From the NCBI GenBank assembly GCA_044229175.1, contig JBGATM010000006.1:2273-66272 (forward strand): DNA of 64,000 nt, written 5' to 3'. The position numbers and the translations under genes were made by a program. This stretch comes from Vicinamibacteria bacterium (GTDB taxonomy: Bacteria; Acidobacteriota; Vicinamibacteria; Fen-336; JAGNNV01). Shown here in pieces: positions 50,143-58,778 of this stretch. Within the stretch, counting starts at the first letter, position 1. The number at the start of each line of letters is the position of its first letter. The notes under the pieces are model-generated. The model saw only the letters and a program-made list of their open reading frames with translations. It was not told the origin of the DNA and searched no databases.

Positions 50143-51909
50143 ATGGAATCCTTCGCGCCGCATCTCGACATCGCCATCAAGGCGGCGCGCGCCGCGGGCG
50201 ATCTGCTGCGGGCGGACTTCCACCTTCCCCTGGGGCCCCGGGGCGAGGGCGACAAGGCCCCGGTGGACACCGAGGCGGAGCAGCTCATCCGCGACATCCT
50301 GCTGGGCGCTCGCCGCGACTGGGGCTTCCTCGGCGAGGAAACCGGCCGGGTTCCCGGGGCCCCGGGCGCGCCGATCTGGGTGGTGGACCCGAACGACGGC
50401 ACGCGGGACTACATCAAGGGCCGAAGAGGCAGCTCGGTGTCGATCGGTCTGGTGTGGAACCATCGCCCGGTGCTGGGGGTGGTTCATGCCTTCGGCTACC
50501 CGGACGACCGCGGGCCGGTCTATGCCGCGGCGGTCGGCCGCGAGGGCGTCTTCAAGGACGGCGTGCCCGTCCAGGCGCGCCTCCCGGAGCGGCTCTCGGA
50601 ACTCGACGTAGTCCTCGTCTCCGGCGGCGGCGACCGCGCCGCGCGCGCCAACTTATTGTGCACCAGGCCCGCGCGGGTGATGCCCATCCCGAGCATCGCG
50701 CACCGGCTGGCCAAAGTCGCCGCCGGCGAAGCCGCCGCGACCACCTCTTTGTATTCGCCCAAGACGTGGGACTTCGCGGCCGGCCATTGCCTCATCCTCG
50801 CCGCGGGCGGAGCCCTGCTCGACTCCCATGGAAACGAGCCCGGGTATGACGACGAGGGGTTCGGCACTTCGCCACGCCTCTTCGCGGGATCGAAGGCAGT
50901 GGCCCTCGAACTGTCGTCGAGGAACTGGGACATCGCGTTCCGCGCGGAGCGGGAAACCTCGATGCCCATCGTGCGCCTGGTCCGGGGCCGCGCCGTCGCC
51001 GATCCCCTCCTCCTGTCGCGGGCCCAGGGCGCGCTGCTCGGGCAACTGCTGGGCAGCGCTCTGGGGAGGCTCTTCGCGACCCGCGACGGTGAAGGAAAGA
51101 CGCTCGATCTGCCCACAATCGAGGCGGCCGCGCGCAGGCGGCGCATCCCCGCGGGCCAGCTGGGGGCCTCGGGGGAAATCGCGGTCGCCACCGCCCGGTC
51201 GCTCCTGGATCTCGCCTCCGACGCGAAGAGCCTGAAGCGCGTCTACGCCGCCTGGGTCGATTCGGGCCCGGCCGACCTCGACCGCGCCGCGGAATCGGCG
51301 CTCAAGGGCCGGGGCGCGGCCGACGACCTCTCCGCCCTGGCGCTCGCCCGCGTGCCCCCCTTGACTCTGTGGAGCCACGACGCCGATCTGGCGATCGCGG
51401 CGGCCAAGGCGAGAGAGGACGCCGCCCTGACCCACCCGGCCGCCCCCGTCGGCGAGGCGGCCGCGGTCCTGGCCGTCACCCTGCTCTCGCTGCTGAGAGG
51501 AGAAGAACCTTCGACCGCGATCGAAGCGGCGCACGCGTTCGCAAGACGCTCGGGCTTCTCACGCGAGGTCATCGACGCCATCGTCGAATCGGCAGCGCCC
51601 CAGAAGGCCCGGCGCGCCGCCGACGCGTTGAACGTGCTGCGCTCAGCGCTCTTCCACCTGCGAACCGCGCATTCGTTCGAAGCGGCGATCGAATCCGCCC
51701 TCGCCATGGATTCCACCCCGGAGACGCTGCCCGCCATCGTAGGCGCGGTGATGGGAGCTCGCCTCGGCCGCGAAGGAATTCCGGAGGGGTTGCGGACGCT
51801 GGTGCTCTCCTGCCGTCCGATGGAGGGCCTGGCCGCGCACCCGACGCTCCCCTCCTACTGGGCCACCGACGCCATGGCCATGGCCGAGGCGCTGCTGACC
51901 GCGCGCTAG
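50143..51909 (+). CDS. inositol monophosphatase family domain fused to a degenerate ADP-ribosylglycohydrolase-fold domain
   Basis: IMPase motifs GEE, DPNDGT, WDFAAG intact; ARH scaffold RAQGALLGQ..G.ALG, DAALTHP, GA..G...IP; start placed 7 nt after TAAGAT. Confidence 0.82.
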   Translation: MESFAPHLDIAIKAARAAGDLLRADFHLPLGPRGEGDKAPVDTEAEQLIRDILLGARRDWGFLGEETGRVPGAPGAPIWVVDPNDGTRDYIKGRRGSSVSIGLVWNHRPVLGVVHAFGYPDDRGPVYAAAVGREGVFKDGVPVQARLPERLSELDVVLVSGGGDRAARANLLCTRPARVMPIPSIAHRLAKVAAGEAAATTSLYSPKTWDFAAGHCLILAAGGALLDSHGNEPGYDDEGFGTSPRLFAGSKAVALELSSRNWDIAFRAERETSMPIVRLVRGRAVADPLLLSRAQGALLGQLLGSALGRLFATRDGEGKTLDLPTIEAAARRRRIPAGQLGASGEIAVATARSLLDLASDAKSLKRVYAAWVDSGPADLDRAAESALKGRGAADDLSALALARVPPLTLWSHDADLAIAAAKAREDAALTHPAAPVGEAAAVLAVTLLSLLRGEEPSTAIEAAHAFARRSGFSREVIDAIVESAAPQKARRAADALNVLRSALFHLRTAHSFEAAIESALAMDSTPETLPAIVGAVMGARLGREGIPEGLRTLVLSCRPMEGLAAHPTLPSYWATDAMAMAEALLTAR

Positions 51910-52997
51910 TAGACGCAGCCCCGCGCCGCCACCTCGAACACCGCCTCCACGTTCTCCCCGCGGACTCCGTACACGCGGTCGTGGAGGTTCGAGACCACGC
52001 AGGCGTGGTTGGGGAGGACGCGGACGCGCTGCCCGACCTTGAACGCGTCGCCCCGGGCGACCGCGACCACGCCGTGCTCCTCCGAAAGGCTCGTGAGTCG
52101 AGACTCGGTGCCGACGACCAGACCGTACCCGTCGGGCTTTGGACGAAGCATGTCGAGAGCGAGGGTCTTGCTGCCCGAATCGAGAACCGCACGCTCCGTG
52201 CCCGAGACGCTTTGCACCGTGGCCAGGATCGACATGGCGCAGTCGTCGAACGAACAGGTCCCAAGCCCCGCCTGGGTGCGGTCGAGGTAGACGTAGTTGC
52301 CGGGCCGCGCCTCGGTGATCCCCTTGTGGGCGAAACCGAAGCGCGAGGTCGGGGTCGAGCCCACCGATACCGTTTCGATGGCGATGCCGGCCTTGCGCAG
52401 GCCATCCGCGGCGGCCGCGATGATCGAGGCCTCATCCACGCTGTCCTTCCGGATCTCCTCGGGGTCCGCGCGATGGTAGGCCTGTCCCGCGTGGGTGAAG
52501 GCGCCGACGAGCGAGAGTCCCTTGATGGCGGCGATCCGCGAGCCGATGGACACCGCCTCGGAGGGCGCAACCCCCACGCGATGGAATCCGCAGTCGACCT
52601 TCAGACTGACGCGCAGCGACGCGCCCGCGCGCGACGCCGCCTCGCCCAGCATCGATGCGCCTTCGATGCTGTCGACCCCGACGCACAGTTTCACCCGGCG
52701 GGAGAGCGCCACGAGCCGCTCGGCCTTGGCCGGGCTCACCACCGGATAGGCCACGAAGAGATCCGGGAAGCCGTGCTTCGCGAACACTTCGGCCTCCGAC
52801 GTCTTCGCGAGCGACAGCCCGACCGCCCCCGCCCGCATCTGCATCCATCCGATCTCCGGAACCTTGTGGGTCTTGGCATGCGGCCGAAGACTGACGCCGG
52901 CCTCTCTCGCGCGCGCGCTCATTCGCGCGATGTTCCGCTCGAGCCGGTCGAGGTCGATGAGAACGGAGGGAGTCTCGAGATCGTGAATGGAGGTCAA
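51906..52997 (-). CDS. PLP-dependent fold-III enzyme, D-threonine aldolase / D-serine dehydratase (DSD1) family
   Basis: LETP, RPHAKTHK, HRVG, GSTPT, RPGNYVY, LSEEHG, PNHAC; TTG start overlaps gspB stop. Confidence 0.88.
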   Translation of the reverse strand: MTSIHDLETPSVLIDLDRLERNIARMSARAREAGVSLRPHAKTHKVPEIGWMQMRAGAVGLSLAKTSEAEVFAKHGFPDLFVAYPVVSPAKAERLVALSRRVKLCVGVDSIEGASMLGEAASRAGASLRVSLKVDCGFHRVGVAPSEAVSIGSRIAAIKGLSLVGAFTHAGQAYHRADPEEIRKDSVDEASIIAAAADGLRKAGIAIETVSVGSTPTSRFGFAHKGITEARPGNYVYLDRTQAGLGTCSFDDCAMSILATVQSVSGTERAVLDSGSKTLALDMLRPKPDGYGLVVGTESRLTSLSEEHGVVAVARGDAFKVGQRVRVLPNHACVVSNLHDRVYGVRGENVEAVFEVAARGCVY

Positions 52998-53635
52998 GGG
53001 AGGATCTCCTGCGGATGAGGGCTCGGCGAGGGCGAGGCCTCGGGTGGCGGAGGCGGAGGAAGCGGGAAACGCACGGTATCGCTCGCGCCGTTCTCCAACC
53101 GCACCTCCACCGAGTCCGGACCGATCCTGAGCACCTGAACCGCGCCGACCTTGTCGCCTTCCCGGACCAGCTGATCGTTGATGATCGCGATGGGATGAGA
53201 GTCCCGTTCGCTGATGGCTTGAAGGACGAGAGCCGGGGACGCGGTCCGCCGGGGGGCTTCCCGTCGACGATCCGCAGTCGCGGTCGCCGATGCGCCCTCG
53301 GAACCGGGAACCGTCCCGGAGGCCGACCGAACTTCCGAGGGCCGGACGGCGGGTTCGATGATGAGCGGGGGCGGGAGACCCGCGGCTCCTTTCAACCGCG
53401 CCGGCGGCGACGCGGACGGCGCATCGCCGGACCGCGCGCTCACGTTCTGGGGATTCCGGACCGGAGTACCGAGCAGGAAGACGACGGCTCCACCGGTCAG
53501 GACACCGAGAAGGAGCGGAACCACGGAGCCCCGCGGCCTTGAAGCCTTTCGGTAGGAAGCGACCGCGGCGCCGATGCTGCCGGTGCGCCCGTCCGTCTTC
53601 TCGACGCGCCGCAGCGCCTCGATGACCAGACTCAC
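52994..53635 (-). CDS. GspB/ExeB-like type II secretion accessory protein
   Basis: N-terminal SLVIEALRR (MS.IL.AL.K GspB-like), TM helix, C-terminal LQAI...AIINDQLVREGD...I.PDSV; GTG overlaps exeA stop. Confidence 0.72.
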   Translation of the reverse strand: MSLVIEALRRVEKTDGRTGSIGAAVASYRKASRPRGSVVPLLLGVLTGGAVVFLLGTPVRNPQNVSARSGDAPSASPPARLKGAAGLPPPLIIEPAVRPSEVRSASGTVPGSEGASATATADRRREAPRRTASPALVLQAISERDSHPIAIINDQLVREGDKVGAVQVLRIGPDSVEVRLENGASDTVRFPLPPPPPPEASPSPSPHPQEILP

Positions 53636-55191
53636 GGGGTCGCCCCTCCCGAGCGCTTCGACCCCGCGTCGATCGAATAGAGGGCGGCGAGAAGCGGGCC
53701 TTCCACCGAGACGGGATTCTTCACGCCCACCCGGGCTCCCACCCGGGACAACGCGGCGGTCATGGCGGTGTCCGGCGCCCCCGGGGCGATGAGACCCCGG
53801 CGCTCGAGCAGCTTGCGGGCCCAGGCCAGTCGGGCCCGGTCGGGCTTGGCCAGGACCGCGTCCTTGTCCACGAAGCAGATGATCGCGGTACCGAGGTATT
53901 GCGCGGAGAGCCGGGCCCCCGCCATCTCGTATCGACCGGTGGCGTCGGCCACCCGCGTGTTGGTCGCGTCGAGCGGCAGGATCGCGGCCTCGCACGCGCC
54001 GAGCGCGGTCCGAAACGGCGCGATGGCGGGGAGCTTCAACTCGCGCCATTGCTCGAAGGAAAGTGTGGCCTGCGCGGAATCGAAGCCGGGCGTGCCCAGG
54101 AACTCTTCGACGGCGGCGATGGCCGCGGCTCGCGAGCGTGCGACCGATCCGCACCGGACGTCGAGGACGGGCGCGGGCGACCCTTGCGGGGAACTCGAGG
54201 GCGCGGGAGGCACGAACGGCCCCGCGGCGGTGGGCGCCGGCGAGGCCGCGGGGGTGGCGGTAGCGACCGGCGGGACCGCGTTTCGAGGCTGGGAACGGCA
54301 ATAGCGGAACGGAAGCATCAGCATCAGTCCCAGAAGGAAGAGGCCGAAGGCCTCGAGCCACGGGCCGCGCTCTTTCTTCTGGGGCGGAAGTTCGGGGAGC
54401 ACTTCGGCGGCCGCGGCGTCCACCAGGGCCGCATCAACGGTCTTCTGGCCCCGGCCAAAAGCGCCGAGGAGGGCGCGGTCGCAGAGCAGGTTGACTAACC
54501 GAGGCACGCCGCCCGACCGGAGGAAGACGCGACGCACCGCCGGGTCGGAAACCTCGGCGCCGCTGCCTCCCGCGACCACGAGCCGGTGCCGCACATAGCT
54601 TCGGGTCTGCTCGAGATTCAGGGGCTCGAGGTGAGACCGCGAGGTGACCCTCTGGGAGAGCTGGCGCAGAGCGGGCTGGTCGAGCATGTCGCGAAGCTCG
54701 GGCTGTCCGACCAGGACCACGGTCAGAAGCTTCTCGCGTTCGGTCTCCAGGTTCGAGAGCAGGCGGAGCTGCTCGAGGACGTGGGGCTTGAGACTCTGCG
54801 CCTCATCGATGAGGACGACGACCTTCAGCCCCTGGGCCTTCGCCTCGATGAGAGCCTTGGCGAGCGCATCCACCGCGTCCTTGAGGGTGCCCCCGGCGAA
54901 GGGCACGTCCAGATCCTGGAGAATGGCGTGGAAGAGTTCGCCCGCGGAAAGGGCCGGATACAGGATGACCGCGGTCCGCACGTCCGGGCCGATCTGCGAG
55001 AGGAAGTGGCGGATGAGCGTGGTCTTTCCCGTGCCCACCTCTCCGGTGAGAAGGAGGAATCCGCTGCCCTGGGCCACCCCGAACTCGAGATTCGCATAGG
55101 CCTCCTGGTGCTTGGACGACAGGAAGAGATAGCGAGAGTCGGGCGTCAGATTGAAGGGTTTTTCGGAGAACCCGAAGTGTCTCTCGTACAT
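53632..55191 (-). CDS. ExeA/GspA family AAA ATPase with TM anchor
   Basis: MYERHFGFSEKPFNLTPD, GEVGTGKT, IDEAQ, LVGQPEL, GGVPRLVNLLCDRALL. Confidence 0.9.
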   Translation of the reverse strand: MYERHFGFSEKPFNLTPDSRYLFLSSKHQEAYANLEFGVAQGSGFLLLTGEVGTGKTTLIRHFLSQIGPDVRTAVILYPALSAGELFHAILQDLDVPFAGGTLKDAVDALAKALIEAKAQGLKVVVLIDEAQSLKPHVLEQLRLLSNLETEREKLLTVVLVGQPELRDMLDQPALRQLSQRVTSRSHLEPLNLEQTRSYVRHRLVVAGGSGAEVSDPAVRRVFLRSGGVPRLVNLLCDRALLGAFGRGQKTVDAALVDAAAAEVLPELPPQKKERGPWLEAFGLFLLGLMLMLPFRYCRSQPRNAVPPVATATPAASPAPTAAGPFVPPAPSSSPQGSPAPVLDVRCGSVARSRAAAIAAVEEFLGTPGFDSAQATLSFEQWRELKLPAIAPFRTALGACEAAILPLDATNTRVADATGRYEMAGARLSAQYLGTAIICFVDKDAVLAKPDRARLAWARKLLERRGLIAPGAPDTAMTAALSRVGARVGVKNPVSVEGPLLAALYSIDAGSKRSGGATP

Positions 55192-55231
55192 GGCCTAACC
55201 GCGGGAGTCTAACGGTGATAAGAAGTGGATT

Positions 55232-56341
55232 GTGAGAAACGCCAAAGCGGTCTGGATGGATGCCCCCAAAGCCCCCCTCGAGCTGCGCGAGCAGGCCCTC
55301 CCGAAACTCCCGCCCGGAGGGATACTGCTCGAGACCCTGGCCAGCGAGATCTGCGGCACCGACGTGCACCTTCACGAGGGGCATCTCGACTCCGTGCCCT
55401 GGCCGATCATCCCCGGCCATGTCTCTTGCGGCCGGGTGATCGAGACCGCGGGCTCGCCCAAGGACCCCTTCGGCGAGGAGATCCGTCCCAACGACGTGGT
55501 GACGTTCTACGACGTCTTCGGACAGTGCGGCTCCTGCTACTCGTGCCTGGTGGCGAAGCAGGAAACGCGTTGCCCGCACCGTCGGGTCTACGGCATCACC
55601 ACGAGCGCCCGCGACGGATTGCTCGGAGGCTGGGCCACGCACATCGAACTGCGCCCCGGGGTCCGCACCCTGAAGCTCCGGGCCGGGGTCACCGTCAACG
55701 ACTTCATGGGCGGCGGATGCGGTCTACCCACCGGCTTCTCCGCGGTCGAGCGCGGGGGCGTCGTCTTCGGCGACACCGTGCTCGTTCAAGGCGCGGGGCC
55801 GGTCGGCCAGAGCGCTTCGATCTTTTCCAGACTGTGCGGCGCGGGCCGGGTCCTGATGATCGGCGGACCGAAGAACCGCATCGAAGCCGCGCGGGCGCGC
55901 GGAGTCGACGAGGCCCTGGATATCGACAGCGTTCGCGATCCGGAAGAGCGGAAGCGGTGGTTGCTCGATCAGACCGGAGGGCGAGGGGCTGACCTCGTGA
56001 TCGAGGCCACGGGAAACCCGATGGCGGTGCGCGAGGGACTCGAGCTGGTGCGCGACGGGGGTCGCCTGGTCGTGGTCGGGCAGTACACCGACGCGGGCGA
56101 CATCACGATCTCGCCGCATCGTCACCTCAACCGGAAGCACATCACACTCCTCGGTTCCTGGGGCTACGAGTTTCGTCACCTGTATCTCGCCATGGGCGGA
56201 CTGGAGCGCACCCGGGAGCGCCTCGACTGGGCCGGGTTCGTGACCCGGGAGTACGGCATCGAGGACGCCTCCCGGGCGCTCGCCGACATGAAGGCCCAGG
56301 CCGTGCTCAAGGCCCTCATCCGGCCGGGCGGCCCGATCTGA
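55232..56341 (+). CDS. zinc-dependent alcohol dehydrogenase (MDR family)
   Basis: CGTD, IPGH, CGSCYSC...C, GAGPVG, IEATG. Confidence 0.88.
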   Translation: MRNAKAVWMDAPKAPLELREQALPKLPPGGILLETLASEICGTDVHLHEGHLDSVPWPIIPGHVSCGRVIETAGSPKDPFGEEIRPNDVVTFYDVFGQCGSCYSCLVAKQETRCPHRRVYGITTSARDGLLGGWATHIELRPGVRTLKLRAGVTVNDFMGGGCGLPTGFSAVERGGVVFGDTVLVQGAGPVGQSASIFSRLCGAGRVLMIGGPKNRIEAARARGVDEALDIDSVRDPEERKRWLLDQTGGRGADLVIEATGNPMAVREGLELVRDGGRLVVVGQYTDAGDITISPHRHLNRKHITLLGSWGYEFRHLYLAMGGLERTRERLDWAGFVTREYGIEDASRALADMKAQAVLKALIRPGGPI

Positions 56342-56360
56342 CCAGGCCTCCGTCCCGTAC

Positions 56361-56978
56361 CTAGCGGAAGACCGGCGGGGGGGGCGCCTTGATCTGATCC
56401 TTCTTGATGCGCGGGGAGCGGTTGCTCTCGCCGTGGCCTCCCATCGCCGCGAGGATGAAATAGCTCAGGCCGCCGAGAACCCCGAGAACGATCAGGACGA
56501 AGGCCAGGAGTCTCACCGGGTCGGTTCGCTTGAAGCTTCCATTGCACCGGGCGCACCGGTAGGTGGTCTTCACATCGAGCCTTCGGGTCAGGGGCTGATC
56601 GCCCCCCGGATTCGAAGGGCGGACCGCACGCGATCCGCAGGCGGGACAGGCCACGCGCGATGGCGTCGCCCCTGGCGAGGAGCCTGGATCCTCGGCCGCC
56701 CCCTGGGGACGCATCGCCACCGGGGGGTCGAGCTCGGAAGGCCGGAAGGGGATGTGAAGGTCGACGGGGTCGGTCTCGGGACGCGTAATCGTGGCATCTC
56801 CCGCGATCGGAAAGTAGGAGCCGCAATCCGAGCATTTCACCGGCCGGACCCGGAACAGAAGGAACCAGGGTCCCTCGTAATGCCGCCTCGAGTACCGGGC
56901 CCGGTCGCTCGAGCAGTTCGGGCACAAAGCGGTCTTGCGTTTTCGGCCGGCCCAGCCTTCCTTCAGACCCAGTCGCAT
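56361..56978 (-). CDS. hypothetical membrane protein with two zinc ribbons
   Basis: CPNC..CSDC and CPAC..CARC, TM LLAFVLIVLGVLGGLSYFILAAM; TAGAAT -10 upstream. Confidence 0.7.
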   Translation of the reverse strand: MRLGLKEGWAGRKRKTALCPNCSSDRARYSRRHYEGPWFLLFRVRPVKCSDCGSYFPIAGDATITRPETDPVDLHIPFRPSELDPPVAMRPQGAAEDPGSSPGATPSRVACPACGSRAVRPSNPGGDQPLTRRLDVKTTYRCARCNGSFKRTDPVRLLAFVLIVLGVLGGLSYFILAAMGGHGESNRSPRIKKDQIKAPPPPVFR

Positions 56979-57047
56979 TTCTCGAGAGCCATTCTAGGAG
57001 GCGGACACTGAAGCCCCCGCCCCGGGGCCGCGGCCCCATCTAATGAA

Positions 57048-57077
57048 TTGACAGGGCTCTGCTTCGAGAACTATCGT
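57048..57077 (+). promoter_or_regulatory. sigma70-type promoter TTGACA-N18-TATCGT for the romR-valS operon
   Basis: Perfect -35 at 57048-53; -10 at 57072-77. Confidence 0.6.
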
Positions 57078-57170
57078 CCCGCGAGAGCTTCAAGCCAGAA
57101 GCCTCCCCTGCGCTGTGCAGGGCCAAGAGGGTGCGCGGGAAGAAAATTTCATCGGGGCCCACAACCGACA

Positions 57171-58670
57171 ATGCGAAAAAAACTGCTCCTCGCCGACGAC
57201 AGCATCACCATCCAGAAGGTCGTCGAGCTGACGTTCCCGTCGGATGAGTTCGAGGTCGTCACCGCGGGCAACGGTCGCCTCGCGGTCGACAAGGCCCTGA
57301 CGTTTGTGCCCGACATCGTCCTGTGCGACGTCATCATGCCGCAACTGGACGGCTACCAGGTCTGCGAAGCGCTGCGGGCCTCCCCTCAACTGGCCAAGGT
57401 CCCGATCCTCCTGCTGAACGGTGCGTTCGAGCCGTACGACGCGGAACGCGCCAAGTCGGTGGGCGCCCTGGGGAATGTGTCGAAGCCCTTCGATCCGCCA
57501 GCCCTCGTGGCCCGGGTCAAGGAAATCCTCAACGAGCGGTCCACCGCGGCGTACCAGCGCCCGGCGCCCGAGGCCCTCGACGAGATGGGCCCGGCCGTCG
57601 ATGAATCCAAGACCGTCGACGCCTCCATCCCCGCGGCCACGGCGCCGCACGAATACACCTACGACGAGTCGGAGACCCACCCGGTGTCCACGGTAGAGGT
57701 GCCTCTCGACGTGCGTGAACTCGCGGCCCGCAGCCTGTCCCTGGACGCGCCGGTGTTCGCCCCGGCCGAGCCGGACGTGCTGACCGGCGAAGAGCCCGCC
57801 GACTTCGCGGAAACGCTTCACGGCCCGCTCGACGAGGAGGTGCCCGCCGTTGCCGCCGAGGGCGCCCTGGAGATGACCCCCGAGGACACCGCTCCGGTCG
57901 AGGAGATCGAAGCGGTTGAGGAAATGGGGCCCGTCGCCACCACCGGCGAGTTCGAGGCGCCGACACTTCCCATGCCCGCGCCCACGGCCGAGGAGCCGAT
58001 GGAGTTCGACGCCGAACCGGAAGCGCCGGCGGCGGCGCCCGCACTCCCACCCACCCTGCCGCCGCTGCCACCGCCGGTCGTGACCGAGGCGCCGGCACCG
58101 ATGGCGTTGGCTGCTCCGGCGCCCCACGAATTCTCCGGCGTGCACGAGTTCGATCCGGAGGAATTGGACGCGCCGGTCGCGCAGACCGAGGAGGCCGCGC
58201 CGGCGGCGCAGGCCGAGGCCGTGACCTTGCCCGCCGAGCTGGCGGCGCCCGAACCGATGCCCCAGGCCGCGATCGGCCTGCCTGCCCCGGCGCCCGCGAT
58301 CGCTCCGGTTCCGTCTCCTGCGCTCGAGGCCGCGCCCCCGGCTCCGGTTCCCGTGCCCACCCCGGTCCCTGCAGCCGCTCCGGTTGCCGCGCCGGCTCCG
58401 GCCGAGGAGAGTGCTTTCGAGGGCCTCGGCGAGCCCACTCCCGCTCCCGCGGTTCCGCAGTCCGTGGCGCCCACGGCCGGGGCGCTGCCTTCGTCCGAGG
58501 TCGCGGTTCCCGTGGACATGGTCCAGCAGATCGCGCAGCGCGTGATCTCCCAGGTCTCCGAACGCGTCATCCGGGAGATCGCGTGGGACGTCATCCCCGG
58601 CCTCGCCGAGAAGCTGATCCGCGCCGAGATCGAGCGGATCAAGGCGCGCGCCGAGTCCGAGCGCGACTGA
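57171..58670 (+). CDS. romR: RomR-like response regulator (REC + Pro/Glu/Ala-rich disordered linker + RomR C-terminal helices)
   Basis: ADDSITIQKVV, DVIMP, G.FE.YD, SKPF; C-terminal VIREIAWDVIPGLAEKLIRAEIERI; valS immediately downstream. Confidence 0.78.
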   Translation: MRKKLLLADDSITIQKVVELTFPSDEFEVVTAGNGRLAVDKALTFVPDIVLCDVIMPQLDGYQVCEALRASPQLAKVPILLLNGAFEPYDAERAKSVGALGNVSKPFDPPALVARVKEILNERSTAAYQRPAPEALDEMGPAVDESKTVDASIPAATAPHEYTYDESETHPVSTVEVPLDVRELAARSLSLDAPVFAPAEPDVLTGEEPADFAETLHGPLDEEVPAVAAEGALEMTPEDTAPVEEIEAVEEMGPVATTGEFEAPTLPMPAPTAEEPMEFDAEPEAPAAAPALPPTLPPLPPPVVTEAPAPMALAAPAPHEFSGVHEFDPEELDAPVAQTEEAAPAAQAEAVTLPAELAAPEPMPQAAIGLPAPAPAIAPVPSPALEAAPPAPVPVPTPVPAAAPVAAPAPAEESAFEGLGEPTPAPAVPQSVAPTAGALPSSEVAVPVDMVQQIAQRVISQVSERVIREIAWDVIPGLAEKLIRAEIERIKARAESERD

Positions 58671-58778
58671 TCCGAGACGATCGGCCGCTCCTTCATCGCG
58701 CCACGATTCGTGAGGCGCGGCATGGGGTCCAAGGATCCTGGGGTCGCCCTTCCCGTTTGAGAAACCAGTGAGGTTCCA

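Noticed and set aside
57960-58490. Quasi-repeated GCTCCGG/GCGCCGG DNA
   Set aside because: Explained by Pro/Ala codons of the RomR linker, not an independent DNA repeat
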